Assembly (NCBI RefSeq): GCF_006345805.1
Contig: NC_043004.1
Coordinates: 43,772,001-43,836,000, forward strand
DNA: 64,000 nucleotides
Reading direction: 5' to 3'
DNA from: Octopus sinensis
Lineage: Eukaryota
Positions 37,447 through 50,362 of the stretch are shown here, one piece after another (position 1 is the stretch's first letter; the number at the start of each line of letters is the position of its first letter). The position numbers and the translations under genes are program-made. The notes below the pieces were generated by a model. That model searched no databases. It was not told the origin of the DNA and saw only the letters and a list, made by a program, of their open reading frames with translations.

Positions 37447-37525
37447 AGAATTATCGCTATGGGCTCCGTGTGGGCAGGCATCTAAAAGTTTTTGTGCATC
37501 TTGATGCTGACATAAGTTCCTTACT

Positions 37526-37608
37526 TTTTCCTGATGAGAAGGCGGCATAATGCACCCCTTATTCCTTCGAAATTAGGAATAAGCAGCCTTCAAAACATAT
37601 GTCGAAAA
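37526..37608 (+). ncRNA. Type I hammerhead motif: intact stems, G12A core mutation
   Basis: UUUUC-CUGAUGA-GAAGGC...GCCUUC-AAA-AC-AUAU-GU-C^GAAAA. Confidence 0.65.
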
Positions 37609-37814
37609 TAAAATAAAGGAAATTTTTAAAATTCGTCGTTCAACTCCATTCTTTCATTTATTTGTATTCAAACAAACACACAAATTTCCACACGATAGCA
37701 CGTGGTCTTTGCCCTAGGCATGTAGCTTCAACCGTGTTTTTCTGACGTGAATTTGCTACCCAGGTATCGGTTAACCGAATTATCCATAATAAGATAATTC
37801 ATTCAACTACTACA

Positions 37815-37835
37815 TATATAGATAGATATATTTCT

Positions 37836-37914
<79 letters not shown>

Positions 37915-37915
37915 C
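37815..37915 (+). repeat. (ATCT)n
   Basis: Direct inspection. Confidence 0.95.
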
Positions 37916-38394
37916 CCTCTATATACATATATAATTGAAATCCAATGCAAAGAAAACAGTCTCCACTATAGGGATTGAAATATCCAGTTTTTCACAGGTT
38001 TGGTGGTTTTATGCGCAATATAGCACAGAAAAACATTTCCACAATTCAAATGGTTATATATTCAAAATGCAAAAATGAAAAGTGGAGATTAATAATTCAC
38101 ATATTTTAATTTATTAACGCAATATAACATTGTTATAATATAATATAATATAATATAAGTATGAATATTATATTCCTATAAGTGTTTCAACATCAGACGC
38201 AATAATAAATTTATAAATTTATTATTGAGTCTGAATTGAAACAATTGTAGGCTTAAATATTTATATTTATTTAATATTATATTATATTTTATAATCATAA
38301 TAATATATTGATATGTTAATAAATTAAAATGTGCCAATCCTAAATCTCCATTTTTCTTTTTGTTTTCTTTTTGTGTGTGTATACATATATGTAT

Positions 38395-38527
38395 TTGTAT
38401 ATATATATATATATATATAGGGAGAGAGAGAGAGAGCTAGATAGAGATATATATAGATTGATAGATAGATAGATAGATAGAGATAGATAGATAGATAGAT
38501 AGATACATAGATAGGTAGGTAGATAGG

Positions 38528-38595
<68 letters not shown>

Positions 38596-38600
38596 CAGAT
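38395..38600 (+). repeat. (TA)n(GA)n(GATA)n compound microsatellite
   Basis: Direct inspection. Confidence 0.95.
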
Positions 38601-39138
38601 GGACGTGTGTATGTATATATAGAGAGAGAATGTGAGAAAGGGAGAAGAAGTGAGAGACAGTGAGAGAGAGTAAGAGAGGTAGAAAGTGAGAGAGAGACAG
38701 GTTGGGATGTATCTCCATCAACAGTATTCTGCAGTGTAATTGTGGGTCGTATTCTGGTGTAGGGAATTCATGAAGATCGGATATTCGTGTTCTAGTATTC
38801 AGGGTCAATTGATACAAAACTTTACTCTCTAATTGTTTTTGGAAATGTATTGATACTAAAATACGTACTTAGCCTTATAATACTGGTCACAAATTTTGGC
38901 AAAAGGTCAGAAATTACGGGGATTGAGTAAATCGATTATATCGACCCCAGTGACCAGCTGGTACATATTCTATCGACCCGAAACAATGAAAAGCAAAGTG
39001 AACATAGAACAAACACAGATGAAATAACGTTAATCGTTTTACCTTCCGCGGGAACTGTTCTGCCATCTCACCACCTTCTTAGTTCTAAATATTGAAAACT
39101 GCGCACTCTCTCTCACTCCTTCTCTCTCCCCCTCTGTC

Positions 39139-39187
<49 letters not shown>

Positions 39188-40110
39188 TTTATACAAAGTA
39201 GAATTAGACCAATTTTTTTTACAAAACTGCAAATACGAAAAGAAATGTAGGAGGTAGTGACCATGTAATCAGAAACGTAGAGCAGTAAATGTAAACAAAA
39301 GGAAGTCGTAGCAAATATTTGTGTATATTTGTGTATGTTACAGAATATACAAGATTACTATTTTAATTATAAACACATCAATCAAACACGATAACCACTT
39401 TCTAGCGGGACCCACGAATATCTCACGGATTTAAGGGTAACTTTTTGTCTGAAAACTTTATCCAAAAATCATGAAAGCTTAGCCTGTGTTTTGTCTGTAT
39501 ACAAGGTAGCTCATCTGCTACACAATGATAACTGTAAGAAATTGGAATACGATGATTATTTAAGTCCCTTTATATATACGCTTTATATACTTTATGCACA
39601 ATTTTATAGACTTAATACACAGCACTCATAAAATAGATATTCACTCTTATTTTTCTATTTTTCGCAAACAAAAATAAATCACCGTATATATGATTCAAAC
39701 TTTAGTTAAATTGCACATATCTACCACGTAAATAAGCGTAAATATTTCACGGAATTGTGCTTATGCGTAGGTGTTAAGTTATACGTGATATAAAAAATTA
39801 GCTCAATTAAATAAAAACTAGCAGAAAGACCGCCTTCTAGGCGGTTTTCTGCTATCCCCTTGATAATATTTTCACATTTGATTCCCATTTCTAATAACCT
39901 TTATATTTTACATCTAATTATTTCTCTCTAACATAATGCCCACTTGCTTAGTAAATATTCCGTTCATTATTTAATCACACTTATAATTTCTCTTTTTTAA
40001 ACAAATATCACGGTAGTCCAACAACAGAGTGGGAGCATTTTATCAAGTTTTCCATTCACCTCAAAGTAACAGAGATATTTCACTTCTGCAGCCGATATGT
40101 AAACTTTGCA

Positions 40111-40158
<48 letters not shown>

Positions 40159-42375
40159 ATTGCAAATATGTGTATGAAATAAACATGAAATGAAAATTCG
40201 TATCAATAAAGGGGCGTTACTACAGATGTATATGCCCCCGAATTTCTAGCCTCATAACATCCAGAATAATAGATACTTTTTCAAAATTTGTAAAATTTTA
40301 TACAAATACCGCTTAGATGTTTTAGCTTCAGAGTATATAAGGAATTAAGGAAAAGATTTTTGCGAAGGCGCGGAGAGAAGAATTTCAGAAAATTCACATA
40401 ATATGAAATTTTTTTAACTTTCAGGAAGTTGGGTATCTCTTAATGAAAACTAATACAAATCCCTTTGAAACCGCATAGATTATAGTTATAACGAAATTCA
40501 TGGCGAAAATTTTACGTGGATTTTCCTCATTTATTTTAAACCACAGATTTCGAAATGATGGGGTCCTGGCGGCGGGTTCATTTTTGCATGAAAATGTTTC
40601 AAAAACTATTTCTTTGACACCCCCTCACTCATCCTCTCACTCCGGACCTGTTTTGGACAATTTTGTTTTGGACTTCAAAACCATGGGAGCTGCATTTTCA
40701 GTTAAAAAAGGGAAAAATTGTTAATATTTTCAGAGGGAAAGTGATTTAATGGCGATTTGGCTGTTGAAGATCTAACGACATTCCTCCTCGTGCCTTTATC
40801 ACTCTAGCATGTATTAATGTTTTTCTATATTTCCCCCCATAAATACATTTATATGGTATAAAATATAAAATTTGAGATATTATGAAGTTTTGCAACCCCA
40901 CTCCCTGCCTCCGAGTGTTTCGGTTTAGAAATTAAAATTTTGGAGGGCCTGAGAAAGTCATTGCTGGTACTTGTCCACGGTGATTTAAAATAATTATAGA
41001 GATGCACCTGCATAACAAGTGACTTTATCTGAGATCATGTGCTGAAACGAAAACGATTGCAGCTTGGAAGTTGTTTGTAAACTATTTAAGAACAGCAACA
41101 TGCCCTTAGTTTCATTTTATCATTAAAGCTTCATTTGCGTCAAAATACTTTTGTCGCTTTGAAAGTACGACCTGTTCACTAACAAAACTTCACAAAAGTG
41201 ATGCAGCACGAAGTTTTGTCAGTAAACAGCACACACACATGCACACATGCACACACACGTAAGCAGGCACGCACACGCATACACATATATTCATTGCCTT
41301 TCATTTTGTGTATGTACATCTGCGTGTTCGCGTGTATGTATTGGCGTCTGTGTGTGTCTTTGTGTCACTGTTGAAGTCGTGTTTGAAAACTGTGAATAAG
41401 ATGCGAGTTTCAAGTACTTGTCAATAACATTTGTTTTTTTTTTTCACCTCCCATTCTAATAGTAATTACCCAACTTTCTAGGCTCTTCTCACAGCTAACC
41501 TGCATTCAAAAATTATATGGCTATTTTCAAAAATATTAACTCAATAAATAATATTTCTACATTACGTATACATTAATAGCGAATTAAAAATTAAAAGAGA
41601 ATGTGAGAAACTTTGCAAATGAAAACAGAACAGTCCGCAGTGAATACGATGAACATTCACATTTGTGATGTATTGGATGCAGTGAATATACGAGTTTGCG
41701 AGAAATTGGATTTTAAAAAATTCAAAAATACTTGAGGAATCGAAATTTTAGGAAATTTCTTGGATGAAAATATTTCTAGATGGTTAAGCCTTTGATAATT
41801 GTTTTTTGTTAGTAATTTTAGTATTTGTTACACACCTAACTAACAGGCAGATAGACACACTTTTCACTATTTACTCACCACCGCCACCTCCACTTCCAAA
41901 ACCTTCACCTCCATCTCCCCCACCACCATCATCATCTCTCTGCCCCCTCTCTCACTCTCTGCCTTTAACCTCCCCATCAGAACATCACTCTTATTCTAAA
42001 ATTATATGTTCAAACTCTACTCCTCTACCTTCAGCTAACTATTCTAACCCTGTAATAAATATTATACTCTCGCTACCTCAGGCCATAGACGCTTCTCTTG
42101 CCCACTTTATCACTCTCCGTATTTTACTCACTCCCTCTTTCTGTTTCACTATTCGGCCTATCCTCTTTTACTCTCTCCCTTTTTCCCCTGTTGTACTCCC
42201 CCTTCAACTAATCACGTGAAAGTGATGCATTTACGTTTCCTCTACTTCACGCAATAGACGTTTTGCTCTCCCGCTTTTGTTCTGTCCGTTTTTTCTTACT
42301 TTTTCTTTTTCTCCCTCCGTCTTTTAATTTCTACTTTTCTTTCTCCGTCTTCTTAAATCACGTGAAAACGTTACC

Positions 42376-42602
42376 TATTTCTTTACTACCCAGAAGGGGC
42401 TAAACACAGAGAGGAGAAACAAGGACAGACAGACGGATTAAGTCGATTACATCGACCCCAGTGCATCACTCGTACTTAATTTATCGACCCCGAAAGGATG
42501 AAAGGCAAACTCGACCTCGGCGGAATTTGAACTCAGAACGTAACGGTAGACGAAATACGGCTACTGATTTCGTCCAGCGTGCTAACGTTTCTGCCAGCTC
42601 GC
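42376..42602 (-). mobile_element. SINE family 2, young copy with a 13-bp TSD
   Basis: TSD TGAAAACGTTACC at 42363-42375 and 42603-42615. Head GCGAGCTGGCAGAAACGTTAGCAC, GAGTTCAAATTCC (B-box-like), and CTTTCATCCTTTCGGGGTCGATAAATTAAGTAC. Confidence 0.92.
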
Positions 42603-45600
42603 TGAAAACGTTACCGACGGGCTAAGCAACAGAATGACAAACAGAATTATTATATGATTTTCATTCACGCCTCTCTATCATTATGATTGACCGGAAATTG
42701 GAAAATTATTTAAGTACTAGATTATATTTAAATAGCAGTTATAAAACTTTCAATCTTTGAAATAACTCAGCCATACATGGCATGTCCAATATATATCTTT
42801 ATTTAGTTTCCTTGAGTTTCTTTTTTATAAGATTGCCACTACTACAGGTATTATAAAAACTTCGAGTATTTTCATAATTTATTTCTAATTTCAATACAAA
42901 ATATAAGATTAACACACAATTTAAAATTATTTCCCGCTAATTATAGTCACAAAAGCGTATAACTTCTAAATTTGCGTATTAGTCTCTCCCTATTTATGAG
43001 TGTTTTTGTATGCATGCATGTTTGTATGTATGGGTGTGAGAGTGATTGAGTCTGTTGTGTATAGCGAAATACTAGTGTATCAATTTTCATACAGCATAAA
43101 ATTCGATGTGTGAAAACAATTTCTGTATTTATGGGATGTGTTATAATTACTGAATAAAAATTAAGGCCACCTGCACTTTATGAATGGAGATATAATCTCA
43201 AAACCTAATAACTAACCTAAATTGACATGCCATTTAAATAAATTAACAGGGCATGTTTAAGAGGACAGTTGGAGACACGTCTTTCTAACACAAAATATCT
43301 GTCATCCGCGCGACAACTGTTTAATCTTTTCCCCAATGGCCCACGGAATTAGGCTTGTAGTAAAATGAGTAGAAGTCATATATGGCTTAGGAATAACGTA
43401 GCATTGAAGACATATGAAAAATACAGATATACATGTTAAATTTATGAAATATTTAAATAGTCTCACGTTCAGAGTACGCGTCATATCTATCTACTGGCTG
43501 ACTGCTATTGAGGCAGAAGCACGTAATACCAACTTGAGTCTTGACATTATCTTTTCTTCTGAGACTGATAGGGGCTTTAACGCCTCTCATAAGAGCGTTA
43601 TGTTTAATAACTCAAGAATTTAGTTGTATGAGATTTCAGATACCTGTAAGATGTTCAAAGACATGAAGGTGAGTGAATGTTGCAAGAATGATCTGACTGA
43701 ACGGGTCTACACCAAGCATCCGCCTGTAGACGATATGGAAAGGAGACCTTCCCTAGTAGTCAGAGCCTTTGTGGTTGTGTGGAGATTCTATAACAGCCCT
43801 AAGAAGTCTCCCGCTTTTGAGGAATTTTTCAGTGTTAACATTTATTCTTCGTTTCCACTGTTTACACTTTCATTTTATGTAGCCTGACAACGTATTGTCT
43901 TGTACCGTTTCCAGTGTTTTTGTTAACTCCTATTTGTTTATAATGAAACTTTAATAACAACTACAATAATATCAATAATAATAAAATTATATTAACAGTA
44001 TTATATTTACACACTCACTTACACACCAACACATACAACCAGAAGTAGATTATTTTGGAATTAATAAAATTAATATATGTAAATGGAAGTCGGTAAACTA
44101 ATTGTCAAATTTTCGCAATCATTACATCCAAATTCTTAAATCATCTTCAAACGAAATCTCATTTGAAAAGAAGACTTAAAAATCGATAAGAATTAAAATA
44201 TATCTCTCTGGCTTAAAAGATATATTTTACTATCAATAATATTAAATTTATATATTACATTCGAAAGAAATCTTATATCTAGAAATATTTCTTCACGTTG
44301 TTGATTAATTATTTCACAATTTCCCTTTCGCTTGTTAGATTTCGCATATTAAAGTCACTAACATCATGAATTTTCCAGTTTCAGAACTTTGATGTTCATT
44401 TCTTAAATCATATGATAGGTTTACCGTAGTTATATACAAACCATAATTGAATACAATAGTGATCGGGAAAACATGTCGTTCTCCTGAACTATTCCAATAT
44501 TACCATTAACAGAAATTCGATGATTTATTTTTTACAAAATGTCCGGAATCTTTTAGCCAATGCGCAATTGTTGGACTTTGATTACTTTTCTCATTAACGT
44601 TTGTCATAAATGTGACATAGACTCTGCTCACAATGATGTTTTCCAATTTCAAAATGCTTCAAAGAATTTGGGAGAGATTTAAATAGTATTTCCTACAAAT
44701 CAGCTCACAGCAATATTTATTCAGGACTGCGAACCACTTCAGTATGACATTTGGCAAGGGGAAAACATGCCATATAGATAATCGTCGGAAATTCAAATAA
44801 TTTGTGTATTAAAAGAATACGGCATTAATCTAATTTCTGTATAAAGCCATAGCACTCACATAGGAAAGCGAAAAGTTATGCTTTTCTCTTTAGCTTCACA
44901 AAATGAGCGATTGTAAGGATTGGAGGATGATTTGGACTGTGAAACTCAATAATTAGAGAGAAAAGGAGTATATATGCGTATATCGATAGTAACTGCTTCG
45001 TTCTTGCATAAGACAACCCACAGCCGATCAGCAGATTCGAATTTCAAAGGGATAGGATGGACATTGAATAAAAGAAGCTGCATGGCGATGGAAATGACAC
45101 CGGGATTTAGTTGAGTAACGAGTTTCAATTACTAGACTTGATTCTTCAGGTTGAAATCACTGATATCTGCAATCTACACGTAAGGTAGGTTGTGTATTCA
45201 TTGCAATTTTCTAGCATTAAAAATAGTTCCTGGAAAAGTGACAGGTGATTCGGCGCAGATATATTTGTGTGAGTGGTGAGAACTAGATGTTCACATAAGC
45301 AAAGCTATATATTGGAACAGCCCATAAATAATCTCAATTGGTACTTATATTATCGACCACAAATGGGATAGGGTAAAGTCGGCATGGGCGGGACTATACC
45401 ACAGAACGTAAAGGCAAAATGTCACTATGAATTTTTTGTCCGGCGCGGGAACGATTTTACCAGCTCGCCGTCTTAAAGATATATAAATATATTATTTACT
45501 TATGGATATTTTTCTGCAATAACATGACGCCATTTTAAACATTCAATTAACAGCGGGAGACTTCTAGAAGGTATGCTCTATAATTCAAAAGGTAGATGAG

Positions 45601-45639
45601 TGAGAGAGGCGGGGGAGTGGAGAGAGAATACTCTTAATA

Positions 45640-46477
45640 AGTTCCTTGAAGGCATGGTTAACAGACAACTTTGAAGATTGTGGGATAAATGATAATCACA
45701 CAGGGTAATGTCCGATGAATGTGGTGGGTAGGACATCATTTCCGATTCAAGCTGCTCCAGCCTTCAGAATGGCATCATTGTTGTATGTGGCTCAGCATTA
45801 TCCTGATGAACACCATTCTTCTAGCGCTGACTTAAGCCGCTCAAGTAGCTCACAGTAAATCTCCTTTATTATTGCTTTTTTGGGTTCAAAAGTTCAAAGT
45901 GGGCTAAACCTTTCGTATCCCCCCAACACTTTACATGGGTGAAGACCTTATTTAGCCTGTGGAGCCAGTGTTCCTCCTTTCCCTACCTACCGTCTTCGGG
46001 ACTTGACATTTTTATAGAGAACCCGTTTCTAGCTACCAGTCACTATTCGGTCGGAAAAAAGATTCATTCGTGAGACAGGACAGCAAAGAAAAGTATACAT
46101 TCACTCTCCGTACGCGATTAGACTCGGAAACCATTGACCAAATTTACTGACATTTCTGATAGAATGCATGTGTCGACGATTGGTTGAATGACAAGATCCA
46201 AGCTTGTCTACTAGCTCCTCAACTCTTACAACAGATTTTGTTCCACCAGCATTTGCAGGACGTCCTCGTCGAGCTCTACAATTATTCCTGTACGAGGCTC
46301 GTCTTCTAAGCTGTAGTTTCCGACTCGGAATTTCTGGAACCATCGTTGACACTGACTTACGCTTATTGTCCGATCCGCTTATACTGCATTAGTTTTCCTC
46401 ACACTTTCCGTTGCGTTGTTGCCTTTATTGAACACATAAAGCAAAATATGTCGAATAGGCTCCTTTGTCACTTCCAT
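45640..46477 (-). pseudogene. Decayed mariner (DD34D) transposase
   Basis: ATG 46477: MEVTKEPIRHILLY, CQRWFQKFRVGNYSLEDEPR, DRIVTG, FHQDNAEPH, YPPHSSDITLCDYHL. Stops and frameshifts throughout. Confidence 0.88.
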
Positions 46478-47655
46478 TAAAGCTTTGAAAAAATAAATTT
46501 TAGATTTAACTGTACCCTTCATAATTACATCAGGAATAAGGACAAGGTAAAATTACCCCCTGCTTTTATAGCAAGTTGATAAAGGTAGTTTATCCCATCC
46601 ACCTCCGAGTTTTACTTCATGCAATTGAAAAATCCACGTTTACAGGCGGAGATTAATCGAACGAATCAAGAATATGTGTTGTATAGTATTTTCTATAGTA
46701 TTTTCTATAGTATTTTCTATATTGTCTATTCCGCTTATATATGTACATGCAACTAACAACTCTTTGCTCATTCTCCTGAAATAAATATTGTGGTGAGATG
46801 TATGGGTGAGTGCTCGTTCTTGTGTACATATGTATATATGTGCGTATGTGTATATGTATATATATGTGTGTGCGCGTGCGTCTGTGTGTATGTGTGTGTA
46901 TACACATCTGTGTGTGCGTTTGTATGTGTACGTATGTATATATATATATATATGTGTGTGTGCGCGCGCGCGTGCATCTGTGTGTATGTGTGCGTATACA
47001 CATCTGTGTGTGTGTTTGTATGTGTGCGTATATGTGTAAAATACTCTACCTGCTAATATCCATTCACCATCAAACATTATTTTTCATTGCATTCTGGTAT
47101 ATTATGATTCATAAGAAGGAAGCAGTGGAACTTAATTGAGAATCTTCGTGTATTAGACATATCGTTTTTTATACACCTTTATTCATGCTAAAATTCTATT
47201 CTTAGAAATATATTGATAGAAATATCTCGTAAAGTACCCATTCTAGTGTTTACTCATATGAAATTTCGAACGACAGCTGACATGTTCTTATGTGACATCT
47301 TATTTCCTCTTACGTTGTGTCATCAATTCGGGGAGTGTTTAATTTGATTTTTGTTTTTTTCAAATTTGAGATTTAATCTGTTGACGCCGCACCAGTATTT
47401 AAAACACTATAGCATGACATAAATTATATGAATAGTTACACATTATTTGTACTCTACAATATAACCGGAACAAGACGTATGCTATTTTGATTGATGCAGA
47501 TTGCATCCATCATATTTCTAAAGAGAACAGAAGTGGGTTAGACCAGAGTTATATCCTTACATTTGACAGAAAGCATCGACTAATTTACCCGACGCCTCCA
47601 TTAGCATTGAAACGAAATACATCCGGCTTAAATATTTTATCGGGAAGGTTTACGA

Positions 47656-47846
47656 AAATAAACAAAAGACGAAGGCAGGTGGAGTACAAACAAAGAAATG
47701 TATCAGTATAGCGCTCAGGAATAGAAATAGAAAAAAGCATTTTACGTTTCGAGCCTACGCTCTTCCACAGAAAGATGCACAGAAAAAAACAAGGAGAGAA
47801 ATAAGGAAAGAGAAAAATGCGTGTAGGAGCTAACGATCTATCATGG
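47656..47846 (-). mobile_element. Short non-coding element with a minimal hammerhead-like motif (same family as 63802-63955)
   Basis: Colinear with 63820-63950. Motif CUGUGGA-A-GAGC-GUAG-GCUC-GAA-ACGU-A at 47737-47778. Confidence 0.75.
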
Positions 47847-48075
47847 CACAGTTTCAGCCTTTCTGACCTATCTTACAACGACAATTCATAAATAAGCAAA
47901 AGCAACTTCGAAATGTCGAAGACACGCCGTAGTGGACGACTAACTTTCAGAAGTGTGATTAATAAGCACTACAAATGACAGAGTTAACTGAATGCCAAAG
48001 AGCTGCCAACAATCATCACAAGTACCCCAGGTATTTCGCAGCCAATTCGTTATTAAAATAACCGCATTCAGAATA

Positions 48076-48308
48076 CCTATTTCTTTACTAACCACAAGGG
48101 GCTAAACACAGAGGGGGCAAACAAGGACAGACAAACGGATTAAGTCGATTACATCGGCCCCAGTACTTAACAGGTACTTAATTTATCGACTCCGAAAGGA
48201 TGAAAAGCAAAGTCGACCTCGGCGGAATTTGAACTCAGAACGTAACGGCAGACGAAATACGGCGAAGCATTTTGCCCGGCGCGCTAACGTTTCTACCAGC
48301 TCGCCGCC
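48076..48308 (-). mobile_element. SINE family 2, first of a tandem pair
   Basis: Colinear with 42376-42602; head GGCGGCGAGCTGG. Confidence 0.92.
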
Positions 48309-48323
48309 TCAAGTTTCTAATAT

Positions 48324-48550
48324 ATATTTCTTTACAACCCACAAGGGCCTAAACACAGAGGGGACAAACAAAGACAGACAAACGGATTAAGTCATTTACA
48401 TCGACCCCAGTGCATAATTGATACTTAATTTATCGACCCCGAAAGGATTAAAGGCGAAGTCGACCTCGGCGGAATTTGAACTCAGAACGTAACGGCAGAC
48501 GAAATACGAATATGCATTTCGCCCGGCGTGCTAACGTTTCTGCCAGCTCG
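48324..48550 (-). mobile_element. SINE family 2, second of a tandem pair
   Basis: Colinear with the neighbouring copy, about 15 bp apart. Confidence 0.92.
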
Positions 48551-48772
48551 TATTAAGAATACCATTCATCTAACCATGTAAGTAGCGATATATGTTTAGT
48601 GGATTCTATGTTTATAGCGAATACTTACTCCCTAAAACACACTTAGTATTTAATGGAGTCTTTGAGCTCACACATGCTCATTTAAAAAAAATCCAGAACA
48701 TTCTATTCAGCCTGGTTGTGCACGAAACATATATTATGTTATGCGGCAAAAATTTATTTATAAAAATTATAT

Positions 48773-49177
48773 AGGCGCAGGAGTGGCTGTGTGGTATGTA
48801 GCTTGTTTACAAACCACATGGTTCGGGTTCAGTCCCACTGCATGGCACTTTGGGCAGGTGTCTTCTACTATAACCTCGACCAAAGCCTTGTGAGTGGATT
48901 TGGTAGACCAAAACTGAAAGAAGCCTGTCGTGTATATGTATATATATGGGTGTGTGTGTTTGCGTGTCTGTGTTTGTCCTCCCAACATCGCTTGACAACC
49001 GATGCTGGTGTGTTCATGTCCCCATAACTTAGCGGTACGGCAAAGAGACCGATATAATAAGTATTAGGCTTACAAAGAATGAGCCCTGGGGTCGATTTGC
49101 TCGACTAAAGGCGGTGCTCCAGCATGGCCGCAGTCAAATGACTGAAACAAGTAAAAGAGTAAAAGAGAGTAAAGAGA
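48773..49177 (+). mobile_element. SINE family 1, full length
   Basis: AGGCGCAGGAGTGGCTGTGTGG, GGTTCAGTCCC, CACTTTGGGCAGGTGTCTT, tail GTAAAAGAGTAAAAGAGAG. Confidence 0.92.
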
Positions 49178-49904
49178 GGCGATATACCATGTCAGTAAAA
49201 AAAAAAAACAAGTAAAATAGTACAAGTTTTCGGTCAGTTATGCCTGGTTCATTGTAGGTGTAGTAAATCGTATGATACTCATGGGATCATACATTCTGTG
49301 AGAGCGTTTGAATAAAGTGATGTACTGGGATGGTAAGGAAGATACTAAAGGTTTTAAAAATCGATTCGTGATGGCATTTAAGCTAAAATAATGAAGTCGT
49401 GTTACGTCTTATAATGTTATACTTTAAGATACGAAAATAGATACACGGTAAACGATAACAGAAAGTAAACAAATATGATATCTTGCTCTTGCATTTTGAC
49501 TCACATGTTACATATTAGTGACGATAAGTTCAGAATTTCCAGTTGCTATAATTTTTTTCGGAATAGGTCATTAGAATAATTAGTAAATACGCAACAGAAA
49601 TACATTGCGTTAATAGAGAGGAAGAAAATATTTATATTTATTATATTTTCATTTAGTTAATTACGTTTCTATAAAAACAACGGTAACATAAAATTGAATC
49701 GCTTTTTTTTAATATATTTTAATTACAGGAATGCCAAACAAATTTATTTTTCATAAATGCAGATGTATACATAGAAACATACGAAAACACTTTCACACGC
49801 ACATTTGTTGCTATGTAGAGGAAAGATGAATTAAATTTAGAAATAAGTATTTGGACATTAAAATATTTAAATATTTAAAAGGAAACAAGACGTTTAAAAC
49901 TATA

Positions 49905-49918
49905 TAAGTGTATGTATG

Positions 49919-49986
<68 letters not shown>

Positions 49987-50001
49987 CATATATATATATA
50001 C

Positions 50002-50054
<53 letters not shown>

Positions 50055-50160
50055 TATACATATATACAGATCTCCCTCTCTCTCTCTCTCTCTGACTATA
50101 TATATAGAGATAGATGTATAGATAGATAGACAGATAGATAGATAGATAGATAGATACACA
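49905..50160. repeat. (TA)n(CT)n(GATA)n compound microsatellite
   Basis: Direct inspection. Confidence 0.95.
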
Positions 50161-50325
50161 CTCGCAAACACATATACACACACACCTTTACATCTGTGTG
50201 TATGTGATTAAAATCTTGAAGTCTACTTGCATGGGTAAAAATATTTTTAATGATATGTATTAAAACATACAACAAATTTACGCATAACTAAGATATATTC
50301 TTATTACTTTAAAATTGAACACAGG

Positions 50326-50362
<37 letters not shown>

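Larger units (their letters stand above)
37310..37668. repeat. Head-to-head inverted repeat (137-bp arms, 84-bp spacer), each arm with a hammerhead motif
   Basis: 37310-37446 is the reverse complement of 37531-37668 with only a handful of differences. Confidence 0.92.

Noticed and set aside
40209-40897. Possible GGGG...CCCC-bounded DNA transposon
   Set aside because: Terminal similarity is limited to a few bases and no TSD was found.
45110-45160. Minus-strand CTGAAGA...GAAAC
   Set aside because: Stem II and stem I do not pair.
47905-48050. Possible Tc1 N-terminal fragment (RSGR...NAKEL)
   Set aside because: Too short and degenerate to support a call.
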